Below, one piece after another: positions 49,194-58,651 of a stretch of 64,000 bases of DNA. Source of the DNA: Verrucomicrobiota bacterium (GTDB lineage: Bacteria; Verrucomicrobiota; Lentisphaeria; Lentisphaerales; Lentisphaeraceae); the NCBI GenBank assembly GCA_039798785.1, contig JBDKFG010000008.1, forward strand, positions 32,001-96,000. Direction: 5' to 3'. The translations under genes and the position numbers were made by a program. Within the stretch, counting starts at the first letter, position 1. Each line of letters opens with the position of its first letter. Under the pieces are notes generated by a model. That model was given only the letters and a program-made list of their open reading frames with translations. It was not told the origin of the DNA and ran no database searches.

Positions 49194-50078
49194 ATGACAA
49201 TCCACAGAATCATCCTGCTCCTAGTCATCCTCCTCCCCTCCTGCGTAAGCCCGCTGCAGCAAGAGGGGGAGGTGCCCGACCGCATACTCATCTTCGAGCT
49301 CTGCGGCGCTCCTGATGGCGACCTCGCCTGGCTCGCCAAGGACCAGGGGAAGCTGCCTCTGCCGGCACTTCGGCAGTTCTGCCGGCAAGCGGTCTGGATC
49401 GAGGTGGCTCCCAGTCCGAAGCGCGACTTGTCTTCTCTGTGGGAGACGGGGCGCGAGTCCGGCTGCGTGCCGGCGTGCTTCGGCGAAAGCCCGGCGAAAA
49501 TCCCCGCCGCGTCGTGGATTCTGTCGCAACCGCCGCCGCGTCGCGCCTTGCCCGCAGCCTTCCGTTCCGGCCTGCCGCAAGTGACCCTGGCGGAGCGCCG
49601 CCCCGGCATGACCGCCGCCATCGAAGTGCCGATGACGCGACCCTACCTTCTCCAGCTCGGCGACGGCGCGGCGCAATTCTGCCGCCAGATGGCTCTTGAT
49701 GAACGCCCTTGGATCGCCCGCGTCCATCCCGGCGACTGGGTGGCGCAAGATCCCGAACCCGACGCCCTGGAACGCGCCCGCCGCGTCCTGCCAGGACAGG
49801 CTCCGGCTCTCGCCGCCTGGATGCTCCAGGACGACATGCTCGCCCGCCTCCTCGCCGAGCTGGTGGCGATCGAGCAGGACCGCCACACCCTCGTCGTCGT
49901 CTGCAGCTCCGATCCCGCTTCGCCGCTTCTCGTCTATTGGCCGGGACGGATCGAGGGCGGCGAGCGCCTGCGCAGTTCCCTCGATGCAAGCTCTCTGTTG
50001 CAGCAACTGGGTCAGCAGGTCCGGCTCCCGAGCCAGGCCGCCGGCCTGTCCAGCCCCGAACTCCGGATCCGCCGATGA
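49194..50078 (+). CDS. Hypothetical lipoprotein, degenerate sulfatase/alkaline-phosphatase-like
   Basis: LPSC lipobox; DDMLARLLAEL...HTLVVVCS...PLLVYWPGRI resembles the sulfatase C-terminal core, but there is no CxPxR. Confidence 0.5.
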   Translation: MTIHRIILLLVILLPSCVSPLQQEGEVPDRILIFELCGAPDGDLAWLAKDQGKLPLPALRQFCRQAVWIEVAPSPKRDLSSLWETGRESGCVPACFGESPAKIPAASWILSQPPPRRALPAAFRSGLPQVTLAERRPGMTAAIEVPMTRPYLLQLGDGAAQFCRQMALDERPWIARVHPGDWVAQDPEPDALERARRVLPGQAPALAAWMLQDDMLARLLAELVAIEQDRHTLVVVCSSDPASPLLVYWPGRIEGGERLRSSLDASSLLQQLGQQVRLPSQAAGLSSPELRIRR

Positions 50079-51178
50079 AAGCTTCCCTCCTTTGCACCGG
50101 CGTCCTGCTGCTGGCTTTGTCCTGCCAGCAGCGGCCGACGCCGCCGCTTCTCCATGCCGACGCCGTTTTCGCCTCCCCCCTCACCTCCCTCCAGGCCGAG
50201 CTCGGACGGGAGATCTTCTTCGACCGCCGCCTCTCGCGTCCCGGCGGTCAATCCTGCGCCAGCTGCCATCAGCCTGAAAACGCCTTCGCCGAGCCCCTCG
50301 CGACCTCGCGCGGCGCCATCCCGGAACGCGTCGGCACGCGCAACGCCCCGAGCCTGATGTACGCCTCGCTGGTCCCCTCTCCCGGCTTCAATCCCGCCGG
50401 GCCCCTGGTCGACAACGAAGATGCCGGCCAGATCGGCGGCCTATTCCTCGACGGCCGCGCCCGGGCTTTCGAGGACCAGGTTCGCGGGCCTTTTTTCAAT
50501 CCGCTGGAAATGAATCTCTCCGGCCCAGCCGAGCTGGCCTCTCTGCTCCGCGCCGCTCCTTACGCCGACAAGTTCCAACTCCCGAACGGCAACGACGAAG
50601 CCTGGGTCGACGCCGCCGCCCGCGCCCTCGCCGCCTTCCTGCGCGAACCCTTGTTCACGCCCTACAATTCCCGCGTCGACGCCTTCATCGCCGGCGAGCG
50701 CCAGGCTCTCAGTCCGCAAGAGGAGCTAGGCTTCAATCTCTTCCAGTCCAGCAAGAGCAAATGCAGCGTCTGCCACAGCTTCGCAGGGACCGAGGAGCCA
50801 CGCCCGGCTTTCACCGATCACAGCTACGTCAATCTCGGCATCCCGCAGCTCCCCGGCCGCGACGCCGATCCGGGTAACGGCAAGATCACCGGCAAAGCCA
50901 CCGATCTCGGCCGCTTCCGCGTCCCGACCCTGCGCAACGTCGCCCTCACCGGCCCCTGGATGCACGACGGCAGCTTCGCCAAACTCGAAGATGTGATCAG
51001 CTTCTACAACAGCCGCGACATCGACCGCAAGCGTTGGGGCGACAGCGCCTATCCCGAGACCATCTCGCAAAAGGAGCTTGGCAACCTGCAGCTCACTCCG
51101 GAAGAGGAGGCAGCCCTAGTCGCCTTCTTGAAGGCTCTCACCGACCGGCAGTTCGAGCGGGCTCAACCCGGCAGGTAG
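50075..51178 (+). CDS. Di-heme cytochrome c peroxidase/MauG-family lipoprotein
   Basis: [51 protein letters not shown] lipobox. Confidence 0.9.
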   Translation: MKASLLCTGVLLLALSCQQRPTPPLLHADAVFASPLTSLQAELGREIFFDRRLSRPGGQSCASCHQPENAFAEPLATSRGAIPERVGTRNAPSLMYASLVPSPGFNPAGPLVDNEDAGQIGGLFLDGRARAFEDQVRGPFFNPLEMNLSGPAELASLLRAAPYADKFQLPNGNDEAWVDAAARALAAFLREPLFTPYNSRVDAFIAGERQALSPQEELGFNLFQSSKSKCSVCHSFAGTEEPRPAFTDHSYVNLGIPQLPGRDADPGNGKITGKATDLGRFRVPTLRNVALTGPWMHDGSFAKLEDVISFYNSRDIDRKRWGDSAYPETISQKELGNLQLTPEEEAALVAFLKALTDRQFERAQPGR

Positions 51179-52059
51179 ATCTTCTCGGCGTGCTCGAGCT
51201 CCATCGCGTCCTGGAGCCGGAAGATCTCCTTCACCGAGGCGATCTTGCTCTCGATGTTGACCAGGCCGCGGTCCTGGTGGATCTGGCGGGCCGTCTGCTG
51301 CATGGCGGTGATGTTGGCGCGCACCAGATGGTTGGCCCAGATGACGAGACTGACCCCGAGCTTCTCGAAGTCGCTGGCGGGGACGGAGTGGAACATGGTG
51401 GGGACGATGACCACCGGGCAGGCCTTGTCCCAGTGCTTCATGAAGGCGGAGATGTCGTCGAGGGTGTTCTTCTTCGAATGGATGAGCACCGCGTCGGCGC
51501 CGGCCGCGGCGTAGGCGCCGGCGCGCTTCAGGGCCTCGTCGAGACCCCAGCCGGCGATGAAGGCCTCGGTGCGGGCGACAACGCAGAAGTCGGGGTCGAC
51601 CTGGGTGTCCTTCGCGGCCTTGATCTTGCCGGCGAACTCCTCGATGCTGGCGAGCTGCTGCGACTCGCCGTTGATGAAGGAGTTGGTCTTGGGGAAGAGC
51701 TTGTCCTCGATGCACATCGCGGCGATGCGCTTCTGCTCGAGCTTGCGGACGAGGCGGCGGACGTTGTTGAAGTTGCCGTAGCCGGTGTCGGCGTCGATCA
51801 GGATCGGGATCGAAGTGGCGTCGCTCATGAACTCGGTCATGGCCAGGACTTCGGTCCAGGAGGCTTCGTTGCTGTCGCGCACGCCGAGGGAGGCGGACAT
51901 GGCCAGGCCGCTGGCCCAGATGCCCTTGAATCCGGCCTCTTCGACGATGCGGGCGCTGAGGCCGTCGTGCGCCTCGAGGATGAACTCGAGCTCCTTGGAC
52001 TGGAGCAGCTTCTTGAACTGGGTGGTTTTCGGGGCGGCGGCTGGTTGGCGGTTGGTCAT
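51163..52059 (-). CDS. pepM: Phosphoenolpyruvate mutase
   Basis: Diagnostic EDKxxxxxNS ([10 protein letters not shown]); [47 protein letters not shown]. Confidence 0.96.
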   Translation of the reverse strand: MTNRQPAAAPKTTQFKKLLQSKELEFILEAHDGLSARIVEEAGFKGIWASGLAMSASLGVRDSNEASWTEVLAMTEFMSDATSIPILIDADTGYGNFNNVRRLVRKLEQKRIAAMCIEDKLFPKTNSFINGESQQLASIEEFAGKIKAAKDTQVDPDFCVVARTEAFIAGWGLDEALKRAGAYAAAGADAVLIHSKKNTLDDISAFMKHWDKACPVVIVPTMFHSVPASDFEKLGVSLVIWANHLVRANITAMQQTARQIHQDRGLVNIESKIASVKEIFRLQDAMELEHAEKIYLPG

Positions 52060-52099
52060 GGCAGTCTCCTGATTCAGGGTGAGGTTCGGACAAGACGTT

Positions 52100-53812
52100 T
52101 CAGTAGCCCGCAGCGGCGGCGTCGGGATTGCGGCGGAGATCGGCGGCGCCGCGATAGCCGGAGGTCGTGGCCTCGAGGCAGTGGGCGTCGCCCTGGGTCG
52201 GGATGCCGTCCTTCGGGACGACCTTGTGGCCCATCTTGCGGAGCTGCTCGACATGGGGGAAGGAATCGATGTTCTCGACCACCAGGGCATCGGGATGCCA
52301 CTCGTGGCTCATGCGGGGGGCACGCACCGCTTCGCTGACCGGCATGTCGAAGTCGAGGACGTTGACCAGGATGCCGAGCAGGGTGGCGGGAATGGCGCGC
52401 GAGCCGGGTGAGCCGATGACCAGGCGGACGCGTCCCTTTTCGCTGACGATGCAGGGGCTCTGCGAGGAGAGCGGGCGCTTGCCGGGGGCGATGGTGTTGG
52501 GCTCGGTGCCGATCTTGCCCTGGGCGTCGACGCCGCCGGGCTTGACGTTGAAGCCGAACATGTTGTTGTTGAGCAGGAAGCCGGCGTCCTTGACGACGAT
52601 GCGGCTGCCCCAGAGGCGTTCGATGGTGTAGGTGTTGGAGACCGCCAGCCCGTCCTTGTCGATGATCGAGAAGTGGGTGGTGTCCTGGCCGTCGCTGATG
52701 AAGACGCCGGGGGCGAGATCCTGGCTGGGCGTGGCCTTGGCGAGGTCGATCTCCGCGGCGAGCTTCCTGCCGTGTTCCGGCGTCGCCAGTTCGGGCGGGA
52801 TGCGGACGAAATCGGGATCGCCGAGGAAGCGGGCGCGGTCGCAGTTGGCGCGGCGCATCGCCTCGGCCATGACCTGGAGGGTGCGCAGGTCCCAGCGTCC
52901 CCAGGACTTGAGCTCGAAGTTCTGGACGGTGTTAAGCATTTCGAGGAGGCAGAGGCCGCCGCCGCTGGGAGGTGGCGGCAGATAGACGTCGAAGCGGCCG
53001 CGGTATTTGGTGTGCAGCGGCTGGACCACGGCGCAGCGGTAGGCGGCGAGATCCGCCGCGCTCAACAGGCCGCCGCCGCGCCGCATCTCGGCGAGGAGCT
53101 GCCGGGCGATGCTGCCGGAGTAGAAGCTCTCCGGGCCTTCTCGGCCAAGGGTCTCCAGGGTGCGGGCCAGATCGGGCTGGACCAGCTTGTCGCCCTGCCG
53201 CCAGTCGCCGCCGCCGGGACGTCCGAAGACGCGCAGGAACTCGTCGTGGCCGGGGGTGTTCTTGTCGGCGAGGTACTTGTTGAGGGAGAAGGCGAGCCAG
53301 GTGTCGATGGCGAAGCCCTCGCGGGCGAGCTTGACCGCCGGGGCGACGAGCCGGGCCCAGGGAAGCCGGCCGAAGCGGGCGTGGGCGGCGGCGAGGCCGC
53401 GGACGGTGCCGGGCACGGCGACCGCCTTGTGCTCGTATTGGGAATCCTGCGGGCCGAACATGTCGCGCGTGGCGGCGGCCGGGGCGGCTTCGCGGTAGTT
53501 GAAGACGACGGGCCCGCCCTGGCCGGGGGCGGGGTGGACGAGCATGAAGCCGCCGCCGCCGATGTTGCCCGCCGCGGGATAGGTGACGCAGAGGGCGAGG
53601 GCGGTGGCGACCGCCGCATCGACCGCATTGCCGCCCTCGGCCAGGATGTCGCGGCCGGTTTCCGAGGCGAGCGCGGAGATCGACACCACCAGCCCCTGGC
53701 GGCATTGGATGTCATTGCCGGTGATCTTCTCCGGAGGAGGCGCTGATGGCGCGGGCCGGGCGCAGCCGGCGAGGGTGCCCAGCAAGGCGAAAACAAGGAT
53801 GGAGGCTTTCAT
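52100..53812 (-). CDS. ggt: Gamma-glutamyltransferase-family lipoprotein
   Basis: LAGC lipobox; [31 protein letters not shown], autoproteolytic Thr [31 protein letters not shown]. Confidence 0.92.
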   Translation of the reverse strand: MKASILVFALLGTLAGCARPAPSAPPPEKITGNDIQCRQGLVVSISALASETGRDILAEGGNAVDAAVATALALCVTYPAAGNIGGGGFMLVHPAPGQGGPVVFNYREAAPAAATRDMFGPQDSQYEHKAVAVPGTVRGLAAAHARFGRLPWARLVAPAVKLAREGFAIDTWLAFSLNKYLADKNTPGHDEFLRVFGRPGGGDWRQGDKLVQPDLARTLETLGREGPESFYSGSIARQLLAEMRRGGGLLSAADLAAYRCAVVQPLHTKYRGRFDVYLPPPPSGGGLCLLEMLNTVQNFELKSWGRWDLRTLQVMAEAMRRANCDRARFLGDPDFVRIPPELATPEHGRKLAAEIDLAKATPSQDLAPGVFISDGQDTTHFSIIDKDGLAVSNTYTIERLWGSRIVVKDAGFLLNNNMFGFNVKPGGVDAQGKIGTEPNTIAPGKRPLSSQSPCIVSEKGRVRLVIGSPGSRAIPATLLGILVNVLDFDMPVSEAVRAPRMSHEWHPDALVVENIDSFPHVEQLRKMGHKVVPKDGIPTQGDAHCLEATTSGYRGAADLRRNPDAAAAGY

Positions 53813-55044
53813 CGGGGGCTTCCTTTTGCGGACGCCGCGAGGCGGGAGGCGAGGAGGTGGAGGAGGGAGCTGACCGTGAGGAAGACGGCGACGGCGATCA
53901 GCCAGAAGCAGGAGGCCCAGTCGCCGCCGCGCAGCAGCCCGTAGAGGCCGAGGGCGAAGGCGGCGCCGAGCAGGCGTCCCGCGCCATCGACCAGGTGCAG
54001 CAGGCCCATGCAGGTGCCCATCGAGGCGGCGTGGCTGTGCTTCTTCGCGGTCTCGTCGAAGCAGGGGGTCATCAGCACTTCGCCGCAGATGAAGACGGCG
54101 ATGGCGAGAGGCAGGAAGACCGGGCTGGGGACGAAGGAGAGCAGCAGCAGTCCGGCGCAGTAGCACAGCACCGAGCACATCGACCACCATTCCCACTTGA
54201 AGCCGAGGCTGTAGAGCTTCTTCGACAGGTGCACCGAGAGCAGATGGGCGCCGAGCAGGGTGGTCAGCAGGCTGACGAGGCCGATGGTCCAAACCGGATC
54301 GTTGCAGCCGTAGCGGTCGATGGCGTATTTCGGGATGACGGTGCCCCAGCAGCCGTAGGGCAGCACCATGGCGAAGCGGCGCAGGGCGTCTGCGAGGAAG
54401 GATTGCTTGCGCAGCAGGTCCTTGGCATCGCCCAGGCACCAGGAGCTTTTCTTCGGGGCGGCCGCCGCCTGGCTCTTCGGGTCGGCGAGGAAGCCGAGGG
54501 CCAGGGGCAGGGCGAGGCCGGCGAGGAGGAGGGCGTGGACCTTCGCTCCCCAGAGGCCGAGGCTGCGCAGGGCGAGGCTGTTGCCGAGGAAGCTGCCGAG
54601 GTTGAGCAGGGTGGCGCGCCTGGCGACCGAGCTGCGCAGCATCTCCGGGCTGGAGTTGAGCACCAGCAGGGAGTTGAGCGCGATCTTGCCGAGCACGAAG
54701 GCCATGCCGGCCAGGAAGATCATCGTCGCGCAGACCGCAAAACCGGGGGCGCTGGCGATCACCAGGAAGCTGCCGCCGCCCAGGCCGATGGCGAGCAGCA
54801 GGGCGCTGCGCACCGAGGTCTTGTCGGCCAGCCAGCCGGCCAGAGGGGCGAAGAGCGACTGCGCCAGGATGTAGCCGTTGAGAATGAGGGCGATCTGGCC
54901 ATAGTCGAGGCCAGGATCCAGGCCCTCGAAAAGCGGGAAGACGTAAGGCAGGAAGGCGCCGCGGGCGAAGAAGAGCAGGGCGATGGCGACACAGACCACC
55001 CAGATCACCTTGGCGGAGTCGAGGCCGTCCCGCTCACTCGACAT
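53809..55044 (-). CDS. MFS transporter
   Basis: About 12 hydrophobic segments, motif A-like PLAGWLADKTSVR; overlaps both neighbours. Confidence 0.88.
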   Translation of the reverse strand: MSSERDGLDSAKVIWVVCVAIALLFFARGAFLPYVFPLFEGLDPGLDYGQIALILNGYILAQSLFAPLAGWLADKTSVRSALLLAIGLGGGSFLVIASAPGFAVCATMIFLAGMAFVLGKIALNSLLVLNSSPEMLRSSVARRATLLNLGSFLGNSLALRSLGLWGAKVHALLLAGLALPLALGFLADPKSQAAAAPKKSSWCLGDAKDLLRKQSFLADALRRFAMVLPYGCWGTVIPKYAIDRYGCNDPVWTIGLVSLLTTLLGAHLLSVHLSKKLYSLGFKWEWWSMCSVLCYCAGLLLLSFVPSPVFLPLAIAVFICGEVLMTPCFDETAKKHSHAASMGTCMGLLHLVDGAGRLLGAAFALGLYGLLRGGDWASCFWLIAVAVFLTVSSLLHLLASRLAASAKGSPR

Positions 55045-56275
55045 CGTAAAGATCCTCCCAGGAGGCGATGCAGGCGACGCTGGCGCGGATCACCTCGACC
55101 TGAGGATGCTGCAGCTCGATGTAGAGCGGCGAACGGTAGCCGCTGCCGGCCAGGCCGACCGCGGTGCCGGGCTGGAGGCGCACTTCGTGGAAGAGGTAGC
55201 CGGGCAGAAGCTGGAGATCCTCCAGATGACGGATGCTCTTGAGCGTGCCCTGGCGGCGCGCATAGGGAGTGACGATGGCGGCGGCTTCTTGTTGCGTCTG
55301 GCGCAGATCGGGGCTGACGCCGCAGAGGACCTGCGCAGTGGCGTGGATCATGTCCATGCCGAAGGCGAGCTCGAGGAGGCGAGGTCGGTTGCCGCCGGGG
55401 CGCGCGGCGATCTCGCCGAGCTTGTCGCCGATGAGTTCCACATGGGCGGCGCTGTTCCTCATGCCCAGCGCCCGGACCCCTGCGGCGGCGAGCTCGCGCA
55501 GACGGGCCTGCTCTTGCGCGCCGAGGCGGCTGGGCACGATGCGGGCGAAGTGATGGAAGTCGTCGACGCCGATGTCGCGTCCCTTGAGCACATCGACCAC
55601 CGGCGAGGTCTCGACCCGGCCGTCCGCCGCGGCGAGGCAATCGACCGAGTGGTCGTCGCCCTGCAGGAATTCGGCGAGCACGACCTGGGCGCGGGTGTCG
55701 GGACGCCCCACCTTGGCGTAATAATCTGGCACTTCGGCGAGCATCTGGCGGTACTTGGCGAGCAGTTCCTGCGGCGTGTTGTTGCAGCTGCACCACATGC
55801 TGGCGGCGAGGTTGGCTGGCTGCAGGAAGACCGGGTAGCCGAGGACGGCGGCCTGTTCGAGCAACAGCTCCTCCGAGTGCACCTCGACGAAGCGCGCCGC
55901 GGCCTGCGGGCCGATGATCTCGTGGAAGCGGCGGCGCATGGTCGGCTTGTTCTGGCACAGGGTCACGGAGGCCGGATCGAGCCCGGGAAGCCCGAGGGCG
56001 GCGTTAAGTAGGGAGGTGACTTCGACGTAGTATTCGCCGAGGTTGAAGAGGCAGGCGAGGGGACGGCGGGCCTGGATGGCGCGCACTGCGGCGACCAGCT
56101 CCTCGAAGGGACGGCGGAAATCGAAACTCTCGACGCTTTCGAAGCCGCGGAAATCGCCCAGCACGTGGCGGGAATTGGAGTCCAGCAGCAGGCATAGCGG
56201 GATGCCGCGGGCGAGCAGGCTTTCGAACTCGCCCCGCCGCGCCATGCCGATGAAGAGCACGGCCGGAGTCCTCAT
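55034..56275 (-). CDS. ATP-grasp L-amino-acid-ligase-like enzyme
   Basis: NKPTMR, GYPVFLQP, AEFLQG..SVD, AHVEL, GEIAARPGG. Confidence 0.85.
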   Translation of the reverse strand: MRTPAVLFIGMARRGEFESLLARGIPLCLLLDSNSRHVLGDFRGFESVESFDFRRPFEELVAAVRAIQARRPLACLFNLGEYYVEVTSLLNAALGLPGLDPASVTLCQNKPTMRRRFHEIIGPQAAARFVEVHSEELLLEQAAVLGYPVFLQPANLAASMWCSCNNTPQELLAKYRQMLAEVPDYYAKVGRPDTRAQVVLAEFLQGDDHSVDCLAAADGRVETSPVVDVLKGRDIGVDDFHHFARIVPSRLGAQEQARLRELAAAGVRALGMRNSAAHVELIGDKLGEIAARPGGNRPRLLELAFGMDMIHATAQVLCGVSPDLRQTQQEAAAIVTPYARRQGTLKSIRHLEDLQLLPGYLFHEVRLQPGTAVGLAGSGYRSPLYIELQHPQVEVIRASVACIASWEDLYDVE

Positions 56276-57471
56276 CCCTGCAGCTCCGCGACGAAGGCGC
56301 CGAGGCGCTTCAACCCGGTGACCACTTCGGCTTCGGGGATGGCGTAGGAGATCCGCACGTGATGGGCCATGCCGAAGGCGGAGCCGGGCACCACCGCGAT
56401 GTTGGCGAATTCCAGCAGCAGTTCGCCGAGTCGGTCGACGTCGCTGACCTTCTGGCCGCGGAAGCTCTTGCCGAGCAGCGAGCTGATGTCGGGGAAGAGA
56501 TAGAAGGCTCCCTGCGGGACGACGCAGGGAAGGCCGGGGATCTCGCCGAGGCTGACGAGGGCGGCCTGGCGTTGGCGGGCGAGCTGGGCGCGGATGCCAT
56601 CGACGAAGGCGTCGTTGGCGGGATCCATGGCGGCGAGCGCGGCGTACTGCACCAGGTTGGAGGGGTTGGAGGCGGAGTGGCTCTGGAGATTGGAAACCGC
56701 TTTGATGAAGGCCTTGGGTCCGGCGATGTAACCGGCGCGCCAGCCCGCCATGCAGTAGGTCTTGGAGAAGGAGCCGATGAGAATGGTCCGCTCCTTCACT
56801 TCGGGCACCAGGCTGACGATGCTGCGGTGCACGGCGGGAGCGTAGACTAGCTCATCGTAGCACTCGTCGAAGACGCAGGTGAGATTGTGCTGGAGAACGA
56901 GCCTCGCGATGCCGCTGAGGACCGCATCGGTGTAGACCGCGCCGGTGGGGTTGTGCGGGGTGTTGAGGATGATGCCGCGGGTCCTGGGCGTGATCAGGGC
57001 TTCGAGCCGGACGAGGTCGATCTGGAAATCGCTGTCGCCGGTCTCCAGGAAGACGGGGCTGGCGCCGCTGAGGCGGACCTGCTCGGCGAAGGTGCCCCAG
57101 TAGGGCACGGGAATGATGACTTCATCACCTTCCTGGAAGCAGACGAAGGCGGCGCAGAAGAGCGCCTGCTTGGCGCCGGAGGTGAAGCCGACCTCCTCGA
57201 CATCGTAGCGCTGCCCGGTCTTGCGGCTGAGGCGGGCGGCAAGGGCCTCGCGCAGGGCCGTGATGCCCATCGTGTCGGTGTACTGGGTGCGGTTCTGGTC
57301 CAGCACTTTGCGGACGGCGTCCTTGATCACGTCGCTGGTGTCCTGATCAAGCTCGCCGGCGGCGAAGTTGACGACGTGGACTCCCTGGGCCTGGAGCTTG
57401 CGGGCGAGGTTGCGCATGCCGGAGGTCTTGGATCCGGAAAGCTGTTTCATTCGGTTGGCGAAGATCATCAT
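56272..57471 (-). CDS. Class I/II PLP aminotransferase (aspartate-aminotransferase-like; candidate phosphonopyruvate transaminase)
   Basis: GELD, GAKQAL, NTPHNPTG, DECY, PLP-lysine GSFSKTYCMAGWRAGY, VVPGSAFG, RISYA; RBS AGGAG. Confidence 0.92.
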   Translation of the reverse strand: MMIFANRMKQLSGSKTSGMRNLARKLQAQGVHVVNFAAGELDQDTSDVIKDAVRKVLDQNRTQYTDTMGITALREALAARLSRKTGQRYDVEEVGFTSGAKQALFCAAFVCFQEGDEVIIPVPYWGTFAEQVRLSGASPVFLETGDSDFQIDLVRLEALITPRTRGIILNTPHNPTGAVYTDAVLSGIARLVLQHNLTCVFDECYDELVYAPAVHRSIVSLVPEVKERTILIGSFSKTYCMAGWRAGYIAGPKAFIKAVSNLQSHSASNPSNLVQYAALAAMDPANDAFVDGIRAQLARQRQAALVSLGEIPGLPCVVPQGAFYLFPDISSLLGKSFRGQKVSDVDRLGELLLEFANIAVVPGSAFGMAHHVRISYAIPEAEVVTGLKRLGAFVAELQG

Positions 57472-57662
57472 GGCTCCTGGATTGGAAACTTATCAATGCC
57501 GCCGGAGTCCGGCTGGCGCTAATAAGTCCGCTCCCAGGTTTGCGGCGGCATGCCCCCGATTACAAAGCTGTAAGACGCGTGTGGCCAGGACCGCCTTCAG
57601 ATTTCAGCCTCGAAAACACAGATCCTTAGTTGAGCCTAGGCTCTATGGCTCCCTGCCGCTTC

Positions 57663-58550
57663 TCAGCTATTCTGGTTGGCCTGGGCGGCGAGGACGATGC
57701 CCGCGAGAATCAAGCCGTTGCCGCAGGCCTGGCGGAGGGTGATCGCTTCACCGAAGAAAATCCAAGCGGCGAGAGAGCAGAGCACCGGTTCGGCGAGCAA
57801 GGCCATGGCGATGAAACTGGCGGTGAAGTGGCGCAGGGCCCAGTTGTAGCTGCTGTGGCCAAGAATCTGACTGACGATGGCGAGCCCGAAAAAGGCGCCC
57901 CAGGTGCCGGCCGGGAAGCCGGTGAAAGGAAGGCCACTGATCAACACCGCAATCCAGAGGAAGATGGCCGCCGAACCGTAGCAGAGCCCGACATAAGAGA
58001 TCAGGGACAGGGAAGGCCGCACCTTGCGGCCGAAAAGCAGGTAGAAAGAGAGCGACAAGCCGCCGAGCAGCGCCAGGCCGTCGCCGAGCAGCGCTTTCGA
58101 GCCGGTTCCGACGTCGCTCAGGCCGATCACCAAGGCGCCGCTGAAGCTGAGGGCGATGCCCGCCCAGGCTTTCGGGCTGACGCTCTCCTTCACCAGCCAG
58201 GGCATCAGGAGCGCGACCCAGAGAGGATTAGTGTTGACCAGCACGACGCTGTTGGCGACCGAGGTGTATTGCAAGGAGCTGATCCAGGTGGCGAAGTGGA
58301 TGGCGAGGAAGAATCCGGCCAGGACCGACAGGCCGATGCTCGCTCGTGGAAGAGCCGCGATCTCTTTTCTTCCCTTCCAGATCACCAGAGGCAGCAGGAT
58401 CAGTGCGGCAAGGCCCACACGCCATGCGGCGGTGACCAGTCCCGGCGCCTCGGCCATCTTGGCGAAGATGGCGCCGGAAGACACCGCGCAGATGCCGAGG
58501 CTGAGAACCAGCCAGGGCAGGAAGGAAGGTCTGTCTCCGGAATCAGGCAT
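57663..58550 (-). CDS. DMT/EamA-family transporter
   Basis: About 10 TM; LAIHFATWISSLQYTSVANSVVLV, GDGLALLG, QILGHSSYNWAL, EPV. Confidence 0.9.
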   Translation of the reverse strand: MPDSGDRPSFLPWLVLSLGICAVSSGAIFAKMAEAPGLVTAAWRVGLAALILLPLVIWKGRKEIAALPRASIGLSVLAGFFLAIHFATWISSLQYTSVANSVVLVNTNPLWVALLMPWLVKESVSPKAWAGIALSFSGALVIGLSDVGTGSKALLGDGLALLGGLSLSFYLLFGRKVRPSLSLISYVGLCYGSAAIFLWIAVLISGLPFTGFPAGTWGAFFGLAIVSQILGHSSYNWALRHFTASFIAMALLAEPVLCSLAAWIFFGEAITLRQACGNGLILAGIVLAAQANQNS

Positions 58551-58651
58551 GTGACCTCAAGGATTTCGGCGCAATCAACCATCGATTCCCGCGCTTGTCG
58601 CAGCTGCCCCGGGCGAGGAGAGGGGAAATGACACTGTGCCAGTCAAGAGAA

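Noticed and set aside
51163..52059. Isocitrate lyase, methylisocitrate lyase or phosphonopyruvate hydrolase instead of PepM
   Set aside because: The EDKxxxxxNS motif is intact, there is no KKCGH motif, and the context is biosynthetic.
52100..54439. 779-aa GGT as given in the ORF track
   Set aside because: The upstream extension overlaps the MFS gene in another frame; the likely start is MKASILV at 53812 with a lipoprotein signal.
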